The notes: generated by a model not told the origin, from the sequence alone. Positions 8,860 through 19,364 are shown, numbered from the stretch's first letter. The stretch: 64,000 bases of DNA from an uncultured Acidobacteriota bacterium (GCA_963793705.1 CAWCBC010000016.1:3908-67907); one strand, 5' to 3'. Numbers and translations: made by a program.

Positions 8860-11162
8860 ATGCCTGTGATTCTTGCCATCGAGAGAGATCGACAACAGAT
8901 TACCCAGCTCACTTCGATTGTGCGCGAGCTCGGGGCAGAACTCGTGTTGGCCGAGTCTGCCGAGCGTGCGCTCGCGGCGCTCGGGCATCGAGTACCAGAT
9001 CTGATCCTGACCCCCCCACTTCTGTTACCGAAAGACGACATTGCTCTGACGACTCGATTACGCGAGCTCGGCGCCGCCGCCCTGCACGTGCAGATGCTCT
9101 CGATTCCGATACTGGCAATATCCGGTGTGCAGTCGCGCGGCAGGCTGTCACTGCTGCGCAGAGGCAAAGAGGAGTCGGTCGGTTGCGCTCCGGAGGTATT
9201 CCGCGATCAGCTTGTGGAGTACCTCGAACGCGCCGCCGGGGAGAAGAAACTGTCGGCCGCCATCGTCCAGCACCAGCAGGCGACCACCGGCGCGGTTCGC
9301 GAAGCCGACGCCGCTGGACGTGACAGCGAGGAGGCGGCCGAAGCCAGGGCGATAGACGAGCGGCGGGCGGCCGACGAGGCGCGGACTGCGACCGAACTGC
9401 GCATCATCGAGGAGCAGCGAGCGGCAAAGGCGGTTGCCGAGGCGAACGCCGCCGAGGAACGCCGAGCCGCAGTGGAAGCGGCGATCGCCGCAGCGGAGAC
9501 CAGGGCCGCCAATCAGCAGCGTGCCTTCGAGCAGGCCGCGCAGGCGGCCACGAACGCGAGAATTGCCGAAGAGCAGCGCGCCGTGAAAGCGGCCGCCGAA
9601 GCGCGAGGGCAGAGGAACGCCGCACCGCTGCGGACGCGGCCGTCGCCGCGGCGGAGGCCAAAGCCGCCAGTCAGCAACGTGCCGCCGAGCAAGCCGCGCT
9701 GGCTGCCAACAAGGCGCGAGTCGCAGAAGAACAGCGTGCGACGCGAGCTGCCGCTGAAGCAACAAAGGCCGAGGAACGCCGAGCCGCTGCGGAAGCGGCG
9801 GAGGCCAAAGCTGCCAGTCAGCAGCGGGCCGCAGAACAGGCCGCGCATGTGGCCCACAAAGCCCGAGTCGCCGAGGAGCAGCGCGCTGTAAAAGCCGCTA
9901 CGGATGCAAAGGCCGCCGAGCAACGCCGTGCCGCTGCGGAAGCGGCGATCGCCGAGGCGGAGGCCAAAGGCACCAGCCAGCAGCGTGCCGCGGAGCAAGC
10001 CGCGCTGGCTGCCAATAAGGCGCGAGTCGCAGAAGAACAGCGTGCGACGCGAGCTGCCGCTGAAGCAACAAAGGCCGAGGAACGCCGAGCCGCTGCGGAA
10101 GCGGCGACGGCCGCGGCGGAGGCCAAAGCCGCCAGTCATCAGCGGGCCGCGGAACAGGCCGCGCATGTGGCCCACAAAGCCCGAGTCGCCGAGGAGCAGC
10201 GCGCTGCGAAAGCCGCTGCGGAAGCGAAAGGCGCCGAGGAACGCCGTGCCGCTGCGGAAGCGGCAATCGCCGCGGCGGAGGCCAAAGCCACCAGCCAGCA
10301 GCGTGCCGCGGAGCAAGCCGCGCTGGCTGCCAATAAGGCGCGAGTCGCAGAAGAACAACGCGCGGCGCGAGCGGCCGCCGAAGCAACGAAGGCTGAGGAG
10401 CGTCGCTGCAGCTGCGGAAGCGACCGTCGCCGCGGCGGAGGCCAAGGCCGCCAGCCACAGCGGGCCGCGGAACAGGCCGCGCACGTGGCCCACAAAGCCC
10501 GAGTCGCCGAGGAGCAGCGCGCCGTGAAAGCGGCCGCCGAAGCGACGAAGGCGGAGGAACGCCGCGCCGCTGCGGAAGCGGCAATCGCCGCGGCGGAGGC
10601 CAAAGCCGCCAACCATCAGCGTGCCGCGGAGCAAGCCGCGCTGGCTGCCAATGAGGCGCGAGTCGCAGAAGAACAACGCGCGGCGCGAGCGGCGGCCGAA
10701 GCAACGAAGGCTGAGGAGCGTCGCTTAGCTGCGGCCGCGACCGTCGCCGCGGCGGAGGCCGAAGCCGCCAACAAGCAGCAGCGTGCCGCCGAGCAAGCCG
10801 CGCTGGCTGCCAGCCAAGCGCGAGTCGCAGAAGAACAGCCCGCGGGAAAGGCCGCAGCTACGGCGAAGGCGGAGCAAGAGGTTCGGATTCCGCAGGAGGT
10901 CCGGGACATCGCGGCCAAAAGGCGAGCGCGCGACGAACGGCGCGCGGCCGCTCAAGCCGCGTGGGCGACGTGGAAGCGCCCCGCCGCAAAAGCAGCGCGT
11001 CGCGTCGAACCGGCGATAGAGGACTGGAGCGTGTTCGACCCTCAAGCGGTCGACTTCGCGGCGGTGGTTGCCCAGCTTGACGAAATCACCGGAATGGGCG
11101 GCTCGACAACGGGCGCGAGTATCAGTCCTGGCCGTACGAAATCCCGTGCCTCCTCTTGCTAA
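8860..11162 (+). CDS. pseudo-receiver domain protein with long Ala/Glu/Arg-rich coiled-coil tandem repeats (FrzS/AglZ-like architecture); needs frame corrections near 9606 and 10400-10455
   Basis: ATG at 8860. The N-terminus is CheY-like, but the beta-3 motif reads 'PDLILTPP' (Thr where the phospho-acceptor Asp is expected) and beta-1 reads 'ILAIERD'. The remainder is about 9 copies of a 53-aa unit, read across ORFs 8761..9891 and 9849..11162. Confidence 0.7.
9395..10860 (+). repeat. coding tandem repeat, 159-bp unit organised as a 318-bp higher-order repeat, ~9 units
   Basis: The landmark 'gccgcgca(t/c)gtggcccacaaagcccgagtcgccgaggagcag' recurs at 9847, 10165 and 10483, exactly 318 bp apart. 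'LAANKARVAEEQ' units alternate with it. Confidence 0.85.
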
Positions 11163-11243
11163 TCCACGCCGCCTGACAGAGGCGTGCGGAACACAGGGGA
11201 CGCGGAAACAGCGACGGAAACCGTTCCTTCACCTGTGAGCCGG

Positions 11244-11660
11244 TCAGTCTTCGACAGGCCTCTCTGCCGAGTCGATGACCAGAAACTCGACTGGCCCGTT
11301 CCTCGAATCGAGCCTCAGCCCCGCTCCAGCCTCTCTTCCATGTTCGCGGCACTGGCACCGGCGGCAAGAATGTCCCAGCGTTCGGTCGCCAGCCACTCCG
11401 GCCCACCGGCGAGCTGTGAGTACCTGCACGCGGTAGACGTTTCGAATCAGTGTGCGGATCGGGATATTGGTGGCCACGAGGCGGCCGCCAGGAGCGACGT
11501 TCATCCTGTCGTCGGTGCTACTGGACAGGTTGCGCTTGATTGACGCGACCTCGAAGTGCGGGCTGGACGTAGGGGGCGGAGGACCCGGACGTTGCGCCGA
11601 CGCGACCGAGGACAACATCGCGAGGCCGATCGCGATGTGGAGCGTGGATTGGGGGCTCAT
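11244..11660 (-). pseudogene. TIGR03435-family (Acidobacteria-typical) protein remnant, frameshifted and internally shortened
   Basis: Signal peptide plus 'FEVASIKRN...GGRLVATNIPIRTLIRNVY', then the out-of-frame 'YSQLAGGPEWLATERWDIL'. The reading then jumps straight to the family C-terminus '...GLRLDSRNGPVEFLVIDSAERP'. Confidence 0.55.
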
Positions 11661-11857
11661 ACCCTCATTACGGGTGAGGGCGTGATCCGGGTGCAGAGAC
11701 GGGGCGCACGGCCACTTGTTACGAAATCGCCCGTCGTCTGCCGCAGTTTGTGATCGGCGGGAGCCCGCCAGGTACCGCTGACTCGACAAAACGGGGTCGT
11801 TTGCGAGTGGCCTTGATATTGCGCACTCAACGCTCGCCCCCCTCGAGACAAACCCCG

Positions 11858-12325
11858 ATGTCAGACGCGAACGCGCCGTTCTCACGACGCCGGTTCTGCG
11901 CAGGAGCGTGCCAGGTTGCCTCCGGCGCCACGCTGGCGACGCTGTTCTCCGCATGCGGCGGATCACCGACGTCCCCGGGCGGCGGGACGTCAACGCTTAC
12001 CGTTCTGGCGGGCCAGTTGATGGGCTCCGGAGTACGCGTCACGCCTGGATCGGCGTTGGCCGACGTGGGTGCCGCAGCTCTCGTCGAGTCCACAGCTGGC
12101 GTGTTCCTGATCGCGCGGACGAGCGCGAGCACGTTCACGGCGATCGACGCCGTCTGCACCCACGAGGGGTGCACGATCACGGACGCTCAGGGGAACGACT
12201 ACGTCTGTCCGTGCCACGGGTCGCGCTACAACCGTGACGGACGGGTCATCGGCGGACCGGCGATGGCAAACCTGCGTCAGTACTCCACCACCTTTGCCAA
12301 TGACGTCGTGACCATCGCGCTCTGA
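11858..12325 (+). CDS. Rieske (2Fe-2S) domain protein with Tat-like signal
   Basis: 'SRRRFCAGA' twin-arginine signal, plus Rieske boxes 'CTHEGC' and 'CPCHGS'. Confidence 0.85.
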   Translation: MSDANAPFSRRRFCAGACQVASGATLATLFSACGGSPTSPGGGTSTLTVLAGQLMGSGVRVTPGSALADVGAAALVESTAGVFLIARTSASTFTAIDAVCTHEGCTITDAQGNDYVCPCHGSRYNRDGRVIGGPAMANLRQYSTTFANDVVTIAL

Positions 12326-12330
12326 CCACC

Positions 12331-13800
12331 ATGGCGCAACTCAATCCGGACATCGACCATCTGCTTCGTCGCGCCGGGTTCGGCGTCAGTGCCGCGGACG
12401 CCTCGACCTTTCGCGACATGTCAACTGCCGAAGCGGTCGCGCATCTCGTCAACTACGAGGGCCGGCCCGACGACGTCGATAAGCGCATCGGACGGCGCGA
12501 CCACGCGCAGGTGACCACGAAGGAACTCTTCGCCCCCGACATCGACATCGACTCCGCGCGCCAGCGCTGGCTGTTCCGCATGATCCATACGCGGCGGCCG
12601 CTGCAGGAAAAGATGGCGCTGTTCTGGCACAACCACTTCGCCACGGCCTACAGCAAGCTGGTTGCAGACTCTGGCGAGGTGCAGGCCACCAAGATGCTCG
12701 CGCACAAGCCAGGTGTGCTGCGCGGACCGCAGGGACAGATCGAGCTCTTCCGCCAGTACGCGCTCGGCAACTATCGCGACCTCCTCGTGCAGGTCGCGAA
12801 AGATCCGGCGATGCTGGTGTGGCTCGATAGCCAGAGCAACACCAAGGCAAAGCCGCAGGAGAATTTCGGCCGCGAGGTCATGGAGCTGTTCACGGTCGGC
12901 GTCGGCCACTACACCGAGCCGGACGTCTATGCGGCCGCGCGTGTGTTTACGGGCTGGAACCTCCGGGGGTCGACCGACTACCGCCGCGACGAATATGGCG
13001 ACGTGAACTCGTATCAGGAGTTCATCTACAACGCCGAGCGGCACGACACCGGCGCCAAGACGTTCTCGTTCCCGATCTACAGCACCGGCAGCCACACGAT
13101 CCCGGAGCGCGACGAATCCGAAGGCATGCAGGACGGTATCGACCTGATCACCGCCCTGGCGTTCCACCCGGAGACGGCCCGTCGCCTGGCTCGCAAGTTC
13201 TGGAACTTCTTCGTCAGCGAGATTCATCCGCCGGATTCGAGCTTCGTCGAGAGCGTGGCCGCGGTCTACCTGCAGAGCGGCACCGACATCAGGCCCGTCG
13301 TGCAGTTCATCCTTTCGTCAGCGTGGTTCAACGATCCCTCGAGGTACTACGCGCGCTATTCGTGGCCGGTGGAATTCGTCGTGCGCGGAATCAGAGAAGT
13401 CGGCTGGCAGAACCTGACGCTGGACAAGCTGCGGTCGCCGCTGGCCAACATGGGGCAGCACCTGTTCGAGCCGCCGAACGTCGGCGGATGGCCGCTCGGC
13501 GCCGGCTGGTTTTCGACGGGGACGATGCTGGCCCGGACCAACTTCGCGGCCACGCTGGCGTCAAGCCAGAAGGAATTCCTTGGCGCGACGCTCAAGTCGA
13601 AGAGTCAGACGCCGCAGGCGTTGCTGGAGGCGATGCTCGATCGCGTGACGCCGGCGCCCCTCGATGCGGGCCCGGAGCAGGCGTTGATGTCGTACCTGTT
13701 CGCGGCTGGCGCCTGGAACGGCGGCGGGGAGCAACTCAACACGAGGGCGTCGGGCCTCGCGCGCCTCCTCGTCGGCTCCTCCGAATACCAACTCGTGTAG
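12331..13800 (+). CDS. DUF1800 domain-containing protein
   Basis: 489-aa intact ORF with 'HLLRRAGFG...LFWHNHFAT...' typical of DUF1800. It sits 5 nt after the Rieske gene. Confidence 0.85.
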   Translation: MAQLNPDIDHLLRRAGFGVSAADASTFRDMSTAEAVAHLVNYEGRPDDVDKRIGRRDHAQVTTKELFAPDIDIDSARQRWLFRMIHTRRPLQEKMALFWHNHFATAYSKLVADSGEVQATKMLAHKPGVLRGPQGQIELFRQYALGNYRDLLVQVAKDPAMLVWLDSQSNTKAKPQENFGREVMELFTVGVGHYTEPDVYAAARVFTGWNLRGSTDYRRDEYGDVNSYQEFIYNAERHDTGAKTFSFPIYSTGSHTIPERDESEGMQDGIDLITALAFHPETARRLARKFWNFFVSEIHPPDSSFVESVAAVYLQSGTDIRPVVQFILSSAWFNDPSRYYARYSWPVEFVVRGIREVGWQNLTLDKLRSPLANMGQHLFEPPNVGGWPLGAGWFSTGTMLARTNFAATLASSQKEFLGATLKSKSQTPQALLEAMLDRVTPAPLDAGPEQALMSYLFAAGAWNGGGEQLNTRASGLARLLVGSSEYQLV

Positions 13801-13808
13801 AGGACGCC

Positions 13809-15065
13809 ATGCCCATCTCTCGACGACTCTTCATTCGTAACGGCGTCGCCACGGTCACGCTCGGGATTGCCGCTCCGTCGTTCCTGAGCGCGATCGCGCA
13901 CGCGCAGGGCAACCCATCGCGGCGCCTCGTCGTCGTCTATCTTGGCGGTGGCAACGATGCGCTGAACACGCTGATCTCCTATCGGGACCCGGCCTATTAC
14001 AGTCGTCGGCCCTCGATTGCCGTGCCTGCGGGCCAGGTGCTGCAGGTGGGCGCGGATGCCGCCGGACAGGCGCTCGGGCTGCATCCGCAGCTTGACGGCC
14101 TGGCGAACATCTTCAACGAAGGACGTCTGGCGCTCGTGCAGCGCACCGGGTACCAGAACTCGAGCCGGTCGCACTTCGAGGCCACGGACATCTACGGCAC
14201 TGCCAACCCGCAGTCATCGACCGGGTCGGGCTGGCTTGGTCGCTATCTCGACACGCTCCCTCGACCGCTGGACTCGCTGGCCGCGTGGAACACGACGGGG
14301 GAAACGCCGCGCGCGCTCCTCTCGGGGCAAAGCGGCGTCCCGGCAATTCCGAATGCGACGACGTACACGTATGCGAGCCCGAACCGCGGCGCGGCTGCGC
14401 TGCAGGAGCGGGCTGCCGCGCAGGCGATGGCGACGAATCCGTCGGCAGGGCGGCCCCACCTGGCCTTGGTGAACGGCACCAATCTGGGCGCGATCGAAAC
14501 GCTCGACCGCGTGGCGCTGGCGACGTCGTACACCCCGACGGCCGGCTATCCGAACAACGGCTTTGCGCTGGCGTTGCGGACGGTGGCAGGTGCCATCGTG
14601 CGCGGCATCGGCTCACGCGTGTTCTGGGTGTCCACCGGTGGCTTCGACACGCATGCGGGGCAGGGCGGAGGCGGCGGTGGCTCCTACGCCAATCTCATGG
14701 GCACGCTCGGCGATGGGCTGTGGGCGTTCTACAGCGATATCCGAAACCAGGGCCTCGCCAGCGACACGACGGTGATTGTGTTCTCCGAATTCGGCCGGCG
14801 CATCTCGGAGAACGGCAGCGCGGGCACCGATCACGGCGCCGCCGGTCTGATGATGGCGCTCGGCGGCTCGGTGCGGGGCGGGCTCTACGGTACGGCGGCC
14901 TCGCTCGCCCCGGGCCATCCAACGCTGGAGAACAACTCCGGAGACGTACGCCACGAGACCGACTTCCGGTCCGTGTACGCGAGATTGCTCGACCAGTGGC
15001 TCGGCGTGAACTCGGTGCCGATTCTCGGCGGTGACTTTCGAGCCGGCGCGCCGGCCATTTTCTGA
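13809..15065 (+). CDS. DUF1501 domain-containing protein (Tat-exported, sulfatase/phosphatase-like fold)
   Basis: Internal ATG at 13809 gives 'MPISRRLFIRNGVATVTLG' (Tat signal). 'GGFDTH...FSEFGRR...NGSAGTDHG' is typical of DUF1501. Confidence 0.85.
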   Translation: MPISRRLFIRNGVATVTLGIAAPSFLSAIAHAQGNPSRRLVVVYLGGGNDALNTLISYRDPAYYSRRPSIAVPAGQVLQVGADAAGQALGLHPQLDGLANIFNEGRLALVQRTGYQNSSRSHFEATDIYGTANPQSSTGSGWLGRYLDTLPRPLDSLAAWNTTGETPRALLSGQSGVPAIPNATTYTYASPNRGAAALQERAAAQAMATNPSAGRPHLALVNGTNLGAIETLDRVALATSYTPTAGYPNNGFALALRTVAGAIVRGIGSRVFWVSTGGFDTHAGQGGGGGGSYANLMGTLGDGLWAFYSDIRNQGLASDTTVIVFSEFGRRISENGSAGTDHGAAGLMMALGGSVRGGLYGTAASLAPGHPTLENNSGDVRHETDFRSVYARLLDQWLGVNSVPILGGDFRAGAPAIF

Positions 15066-15071
15066 ACTACG

Positions 15072-16107
15072 GTGAACAGGATGAAACGACTCTGTCTGTT
15101 TGCAATCGTTGTCCTGGGGCTGGCTGGTCCGGCGCTGGCCCAGGAGCCACGGCCCGCGGCCGCACCGGCTGTCGGGGAGTTCCCCAGAGTGTCGTTCGGC
15201 GTCATCTCCTTTCTGGAGTACGCCGCGGAACTGCACGAACAGGACGGCTACAACGCCTTTGACATTACGCGCGGCTATTTCAATATCAAGGCGCAGCTCT
15301 CCGACCGCGTGCAGGTCCGGTTCACTCCGGACGTGCGGCCAGTCACCGACGCCAGCCTCGACAGAAACCTCGCGTTGCGACTGGAATACGCCTCGCTCGA
15401 CGTGCAGGCGACCGACCGCGTCATGCTCATGTTCGGCCTGCACGAGACGCCCTGGCTCACCTTCGAGGAGTCGGTCAATCGATACCGGGTGCTCGGTCCC
15501 TTGTTCGCGGAGCGACTGGCGCTGATTCCCGGGGCGACCGACCTCGGCGCGAGCATCAAGGCGACCGGTGCCCGTACGCAGGTGCACGTGGGGGTCTACA
15601 ACGGCGAGGGTTATGGACGCGCCGAAATCGACAAGTACAAGAGCATCGACAGCCGCGCGACGTTTCGCCCGTTCGACGAGGACAGCGAGCTTGGCAAGGT
15701 GACCATCTCAGGGTTCTACCAGTACCGGCTGGTACGCCAGGGATCGACCGCGCAACGTGGCGATCGTCATGGGCAGTTACGAGAGCACCCATCTCCTCGG
15801 AACGGCGCAGTATCTGTCCGCCACTGACAACCCCTTTGTCGCCGTGGACGTCAAGCGACGCGGCCTGTCGTTCTTCGGTGAAGGCCGGCAGGGTCCGGCC
15901 GGCTGGGCCGGAGTGTTCGGCCTGGACATTTTCGTTCCGGACGTGTCCAACGAGAGCGACACGATACGCCGCTATATCTTCGGCGGCGCGCACTGGAGTG
16001 AGGTGGGCCGGGGGCGATTGGGTGTGGTGGTGTCGCTCCAGCAGGAATCGGCGAATTCCCAGCTGCTCTCGCGCCGCCTGCTCGCCCAGACGCACATCGA
16101 GTTCTGA
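15072..16107 (+). CDS. outer-membrane beta-barrel (porin-like) protein, one frame correction near 15726
   Basis: Signal peptide, alternating beta-strand pattern and a C-terminal '...THIEF' (terminal Phe). Read across ORFs 15072..15827 and 15757..16107. Confidence 0.55.
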
Positions 16108-16201
16108 GGCAATCCGCCTGCGACGCACATCCGCTCGATCCTGGTCCTCTTCGAGCGCGTGCGCAGGTCCACCCGGAAGCTTGCACGGCTTACACTGAGT
16201 C

Positions 16202-16795
16202 ATGGAGACCAATCGCAAGCAGCGGCAGCCGGTGTCGCTCGGTATTTATGACGAGACGGTAGCCACCGGCGATCACCTTGCGCTTTTTTACGAAACTGAC
16301 GATGAATTCGCGAGGGCCTTTGGGTTCGTCGACGCGGGCATGAGCAGCGGCGATCACTGCATCCTGTTCGGGATTCCCGACGACACCGACCGGATGCTCC
16401 GGGTGCTGGAGAAGCGTGGCCACGACATCGAGGCGCTGCTCGGCGCCGGGCGGCTCTCGATTCTGCGCCCTGAACCCACCTGCGACGACACTGTCGCCGC
16501 CGTGTCAGGGCACTTCCAGCAGGTGCTTGACAGCGGCGCGACGTTCATCCGCTTCATTGGCAACGCCGCTGTCGGCCGGGAGGGCTGGCCATCGGAGGAC
16601 GAGTTCTACAAGCTTGAGGCGACGGTGAGTGCTGCCACTCTGGCTCTCCCGTGCGTGGCGATCTGCATGTTCGACCTCCGCACGCAGTCGGCCAGGACAA
16701 TCGTGCACGCGGCCATGGAGGGACACCCGGTCACCATTCACCGGAACTGCATTCGGGAGAATCCGTTCTACGTGCCGCGCGCCGCGGGAAGATAA
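16202..16795 (+). CDS. MEDS domain-containing protein
   Basis: 'GDHLALFYETDDEF...' N-terminus and the overall pattern of the MEDS sensory domain. 197 aa, intact. Confidence 0.65.
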   Translation: METNRKQRQPVSLGIYDETVATGDHLALFYETDDEFARAFGFVDAGMSSGDHCILFGIPDDTDRMLRVLEKRGHDIEALLGAGRLSILRPEPTCDDTVAAVSGHFQQVLDSGATFIRFIGNAAVGREGWPSEDEFYKLEATVSAATLALPCVAICMFDLRTQSARTIVHAAMEGHPVTIHRNCIRENPFYVPRAAGR

Positions 16796-16985
16796 CGGCG
16801 GGTCTGGGACCGCTGCGATCCACGACGATCGCTCTCACCACAACACACACGATCAGGATCAGTGGGACGCCATTGACGAGACGAATCCGCCGCCACGGCA
16901 GGGTCGGGGCGGCGCTGCTTCAGCGTGCCCCGGGCGGCGGAGCCGCGGCAGCGGGAATCACGGTCCCGACCGTCCGCGGCTTCTC

Positions 16986-17546
16986 TTACGATGACCCCCT
17001 GATGGCACTCGCGGCCCCCTCGAGCGCCGCGAGCAGCGACTCCGCGTCCCATTGGCCTTCGTGCCGCACGCCGTTGATGAAGAACGTGGGCGTGCCGTTC
17101 ACTCCGCTCTTGACACCGCTCGAGAAGTCCTCGCGCACGCGAGGCGCATGCGCGTGCGACGTGAACTCGCGGTCGAAGCGCTCCTCGTCGAGCCCTAGGA
17201 GCGCGGCATACTCGTACAGGTGCCGATCGCTCAGCGCGCGCTGGTGCTCGAAGATGTAATCGTGCATCTCCCAGAATCGGCCTTGGACACCGGCAGCTTC
17301 CGCGGCCTCGGCGGCATGCTGCGCATGTGGATGCATCTCACGTAACGGAAAGTTCCTGAAGACGAAGCGGAGATGCGCGCCCAGCCGCTCCTGAACCTGC
17401 TTGACAATCGGATAGGCGCGTCCGCAGTACGGACACTCGTAGTCACCGTACTCGACCAGAATCACCGGTGCGTCTTCGGGCCCCTGCGCGTGATCTCGCT
17501 CTGAAACCGGCAGCGACAAATGTGCCCCATCGTCATGGCTGTGCAT
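16986..17546 (-). CDS. DsbA-family thioredoxin-fold oxidoreductase
   Basis: 'VEYGDYECPYCGRAYP' CxxC motif, with the remainder DsbA-like. Confidence 0.8.
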   Translation of the reverse strand: MHSHDDGAHLSLPVSERDHAQGPEDAPVILVEYGDYECPYCGRAYPIVKQVQERLGAHLRFVFRNFPLREMHPHAQHAAEAAEAAGVQGRFWEMHDYIFEHQRALSDRHLYEYAALLGLDEERFDREFTSHAHAPRVREDFSSGVKSGVNGTPTFFINGVRHEGQWDAESLLAALEGAASAIRGSS

Positions 17547-18051
17547 GGCCAACCTCCGCAATCGATTCGAGCGCTCGCAGGATTCCGTCAGCGCCAGGAT
17601 TGATGCCGACCGGCGAAATGTAACTCCATCTGACGATGCCGTCCGCGTCGATCACGAAGAGGGCGCGCTCGCTCGTGCCGTCCTGCGGGCGATACACGCC
17701 GTACCGTCGTGCCACGTCTCCCTTTGGCTCGAAGTCCGCCAACAACGGGAATCGCAAATGACGATCGTGTGCAAACGCCACGTGACTCCAGACGCCATCG
17801 ACGGAGATGCCCATCAACTCGGCGTCGAAGCGCGCGAATTCGTCCAGTACCTCGTTGTAGAGCGCCATTTGGTCGCCGCACACCGGGCTCCAGTCTGCCG
17901 GGTAGAACGCGAGAATCACCGGCCGGCCCCTGAACTCGCTCAGCGAGACCGATTGATCAGGCGTCGAGTGCAGCGTGAAATCGGGCGCCTGTGTTCCGAC
18001 AAGGGGGCCGTCGGTCGTTCTTGTCATCGGAGAACCGGCTGTTGCAGCCAC
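17533..18051 (-). CDS. peroxiredoxin (AhpC/TSA family)
   Basis: 'APDFTL...GRPVILAFYPADWSPVCGDQ' peroxidatic-Cys motif. An alternative start lies at 18030. Confidence 0.85.
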   Translation of the reverse strand: MAATAGSPMTRTTDGPLVGTQAPDFTLHSTPDQSVSLSEFRGRPVILAFYPADWSPVCGDQMALYNEVLDEFARFDAELMGISVDGVWSHVAFAHDRHLRFPLLADFEPKGDVARRYGVYRPQDGTSERALFVIDADGIVRWSYISPVGINPGADGILRALESIAEVGHAQP

Positions 18052-18776
18052 TCCTCGAGTCGGATCTCGCCGAGTCGCGCGTCGCCGGCAGGAATCAGCG
18101 AGCGCTCGTCGAGTTCGGCCCCGAAATACCGCGCGTGCGTGTCAGCGATCACCTCGCGAGGGTCATTGCGCGCGGCAAGGCCCTGACGGATCAACTCATC
18201 GAAGCGGAACGGTTGGGGACCGGCCACTTCAACCGTGCCATTCAGCGGCGCGCCGACGGCGATCCTGCCAACCGCCTTGGCGACGTCATCAGCCGCCATT
18301 GGCTGAATGAGTACCGGTGGCAGCCGAACGGTCGTTCCGTCCGTGGCTTCGTCCGCGATGCGCTTGATGAACTCGAAGAACTGCGTCGCATGAACGATCG
18401 AGTACGGGATTCCGGCACCCTTGATCAGCGTTTCCTGAGCGTTCTTCGCTCGGAGGTAGGGACTGCCGGGGATACGCTCGGTTCCCACCACGGACAGCGC
18501 CACGTAATGCCTCACGCCGGCGGCAGCCGCCTGCATCAGAAGGTTGCGCGTGGATGTGGTGAAGAATTCCATGACGGCCGTCTCCTCGAACGAAGGAGAG
18601 TTCGAGACGTCGACGACGACCAACGCGTCCTGAAGGACCCCCGCCAGGCCCTGGCCGGTGAGGGTATCGACGCCCGTGTCTGGCGATGCCGACACGGCCT
18701 CATGGCCCTGTTTCCTCAATAGAGGCACGAGCCTGGATCCGATGAGCCCGGTGCCGCCGATGATGACGAGTTTCAT
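18024..18776 (-). CDS. NAD(P)H-binding SDR-type (NmrA-like) protein
   Basis: 'MKLVIIGGTGLIGSRLV' Rossmann motif. 250 aa, intact. Confidence 0.8.
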   Translation of the reverse strand: MKLVIIGGTGLIGSRLVPLLRKQGHEAVSASPDTGVDTLTGQGLAGVLQDALVVVDVSNSPSFEETAVMEFFTTSTRNLLMQAAAAGVRHYVALSVVGTERIPGSPYLRAKNAQETLIKGAGIPYSIVHATQFFEFIKRIADEATDGTTVRLPPVLIQPMAADDVAKAVGRIAVGAPLNGTVEVAGPQPFRFDELIRQGLAARNDPREVIADTHARYFGAELDERSLIPAGDARLGEIRLEEWLQQPVLR

Positions 18777-19364
18777 GATCGTTGTCCTTCCGTGCTGAGC
18801 CGACTCGATGTTGTGGAGCAGACACGTTCGAGGCCGGCGACGTCGCCAATCCGGGCCGCTGCGATGAAGGCTTCGAGAAGATGTCTGTGTTCGGTCGAAT
18901 TCGCAGGCATCCTTCGACCATTCGCAACGTGCTGCCGGGCGCGAGTCACCACTTGCCGCGCGTTGCCCTCTTCAAGCCGAAGGATTTTCGCGATGTCGCG
19001 GTACGCATAGTCGAACGCCTCCCGGAGGACGTACGCGGCTCGTTCGGTCGGCGTCAACCGTTCGAGCAGCACGAGAACCCCAGACGCCAACGCCTCGCCT
19101 CGTTCCGCTCGCACGACGGGGTCGTCGCTGGCATCAAATGGTTCCGGGAGACCGAGGTCCAACGGACATCTCCCGGCGTGAGCGTGCGGACTGCGTGACG
19201 TTGATCGCGAGTCGTGTCGCCGTCGTCGCAAGAAATGCCGCGGCGTCCCGAACCACGCTTCGATCTGCCGTCTGCCAGCGTACCCAGACGTCCTGCACGA
19301 TGTCCTCGGCTTCAGCTGCGCTGCCCAGCATCCGGTAGGCGATGCCGTGGAGACGAGAGCGCAC
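18773..19364 (-). CDS. RNA polymerase sigma-70 family (ECF/SigJ-like) factor, frame correction near 19150-19200
   Basis: Region 2 'LHGIAYRMLGSAAEAEDIVQDVWVRW' (ORF 19134..19364) and region 4 'LTPTERAAYVLREAFDYAYRDIAKIL...NARQVVTRAR' (ORF 18773..19231). Confidence 0.7.

Noticed and set aside
9395-10860. Possible non-coding satellite or CRISPR-like array
   Set aside because: The 159-bp units translate into a consistent coiled-coil heptad-like protein repeat. They are in phase with the flanking unique coding sequence.
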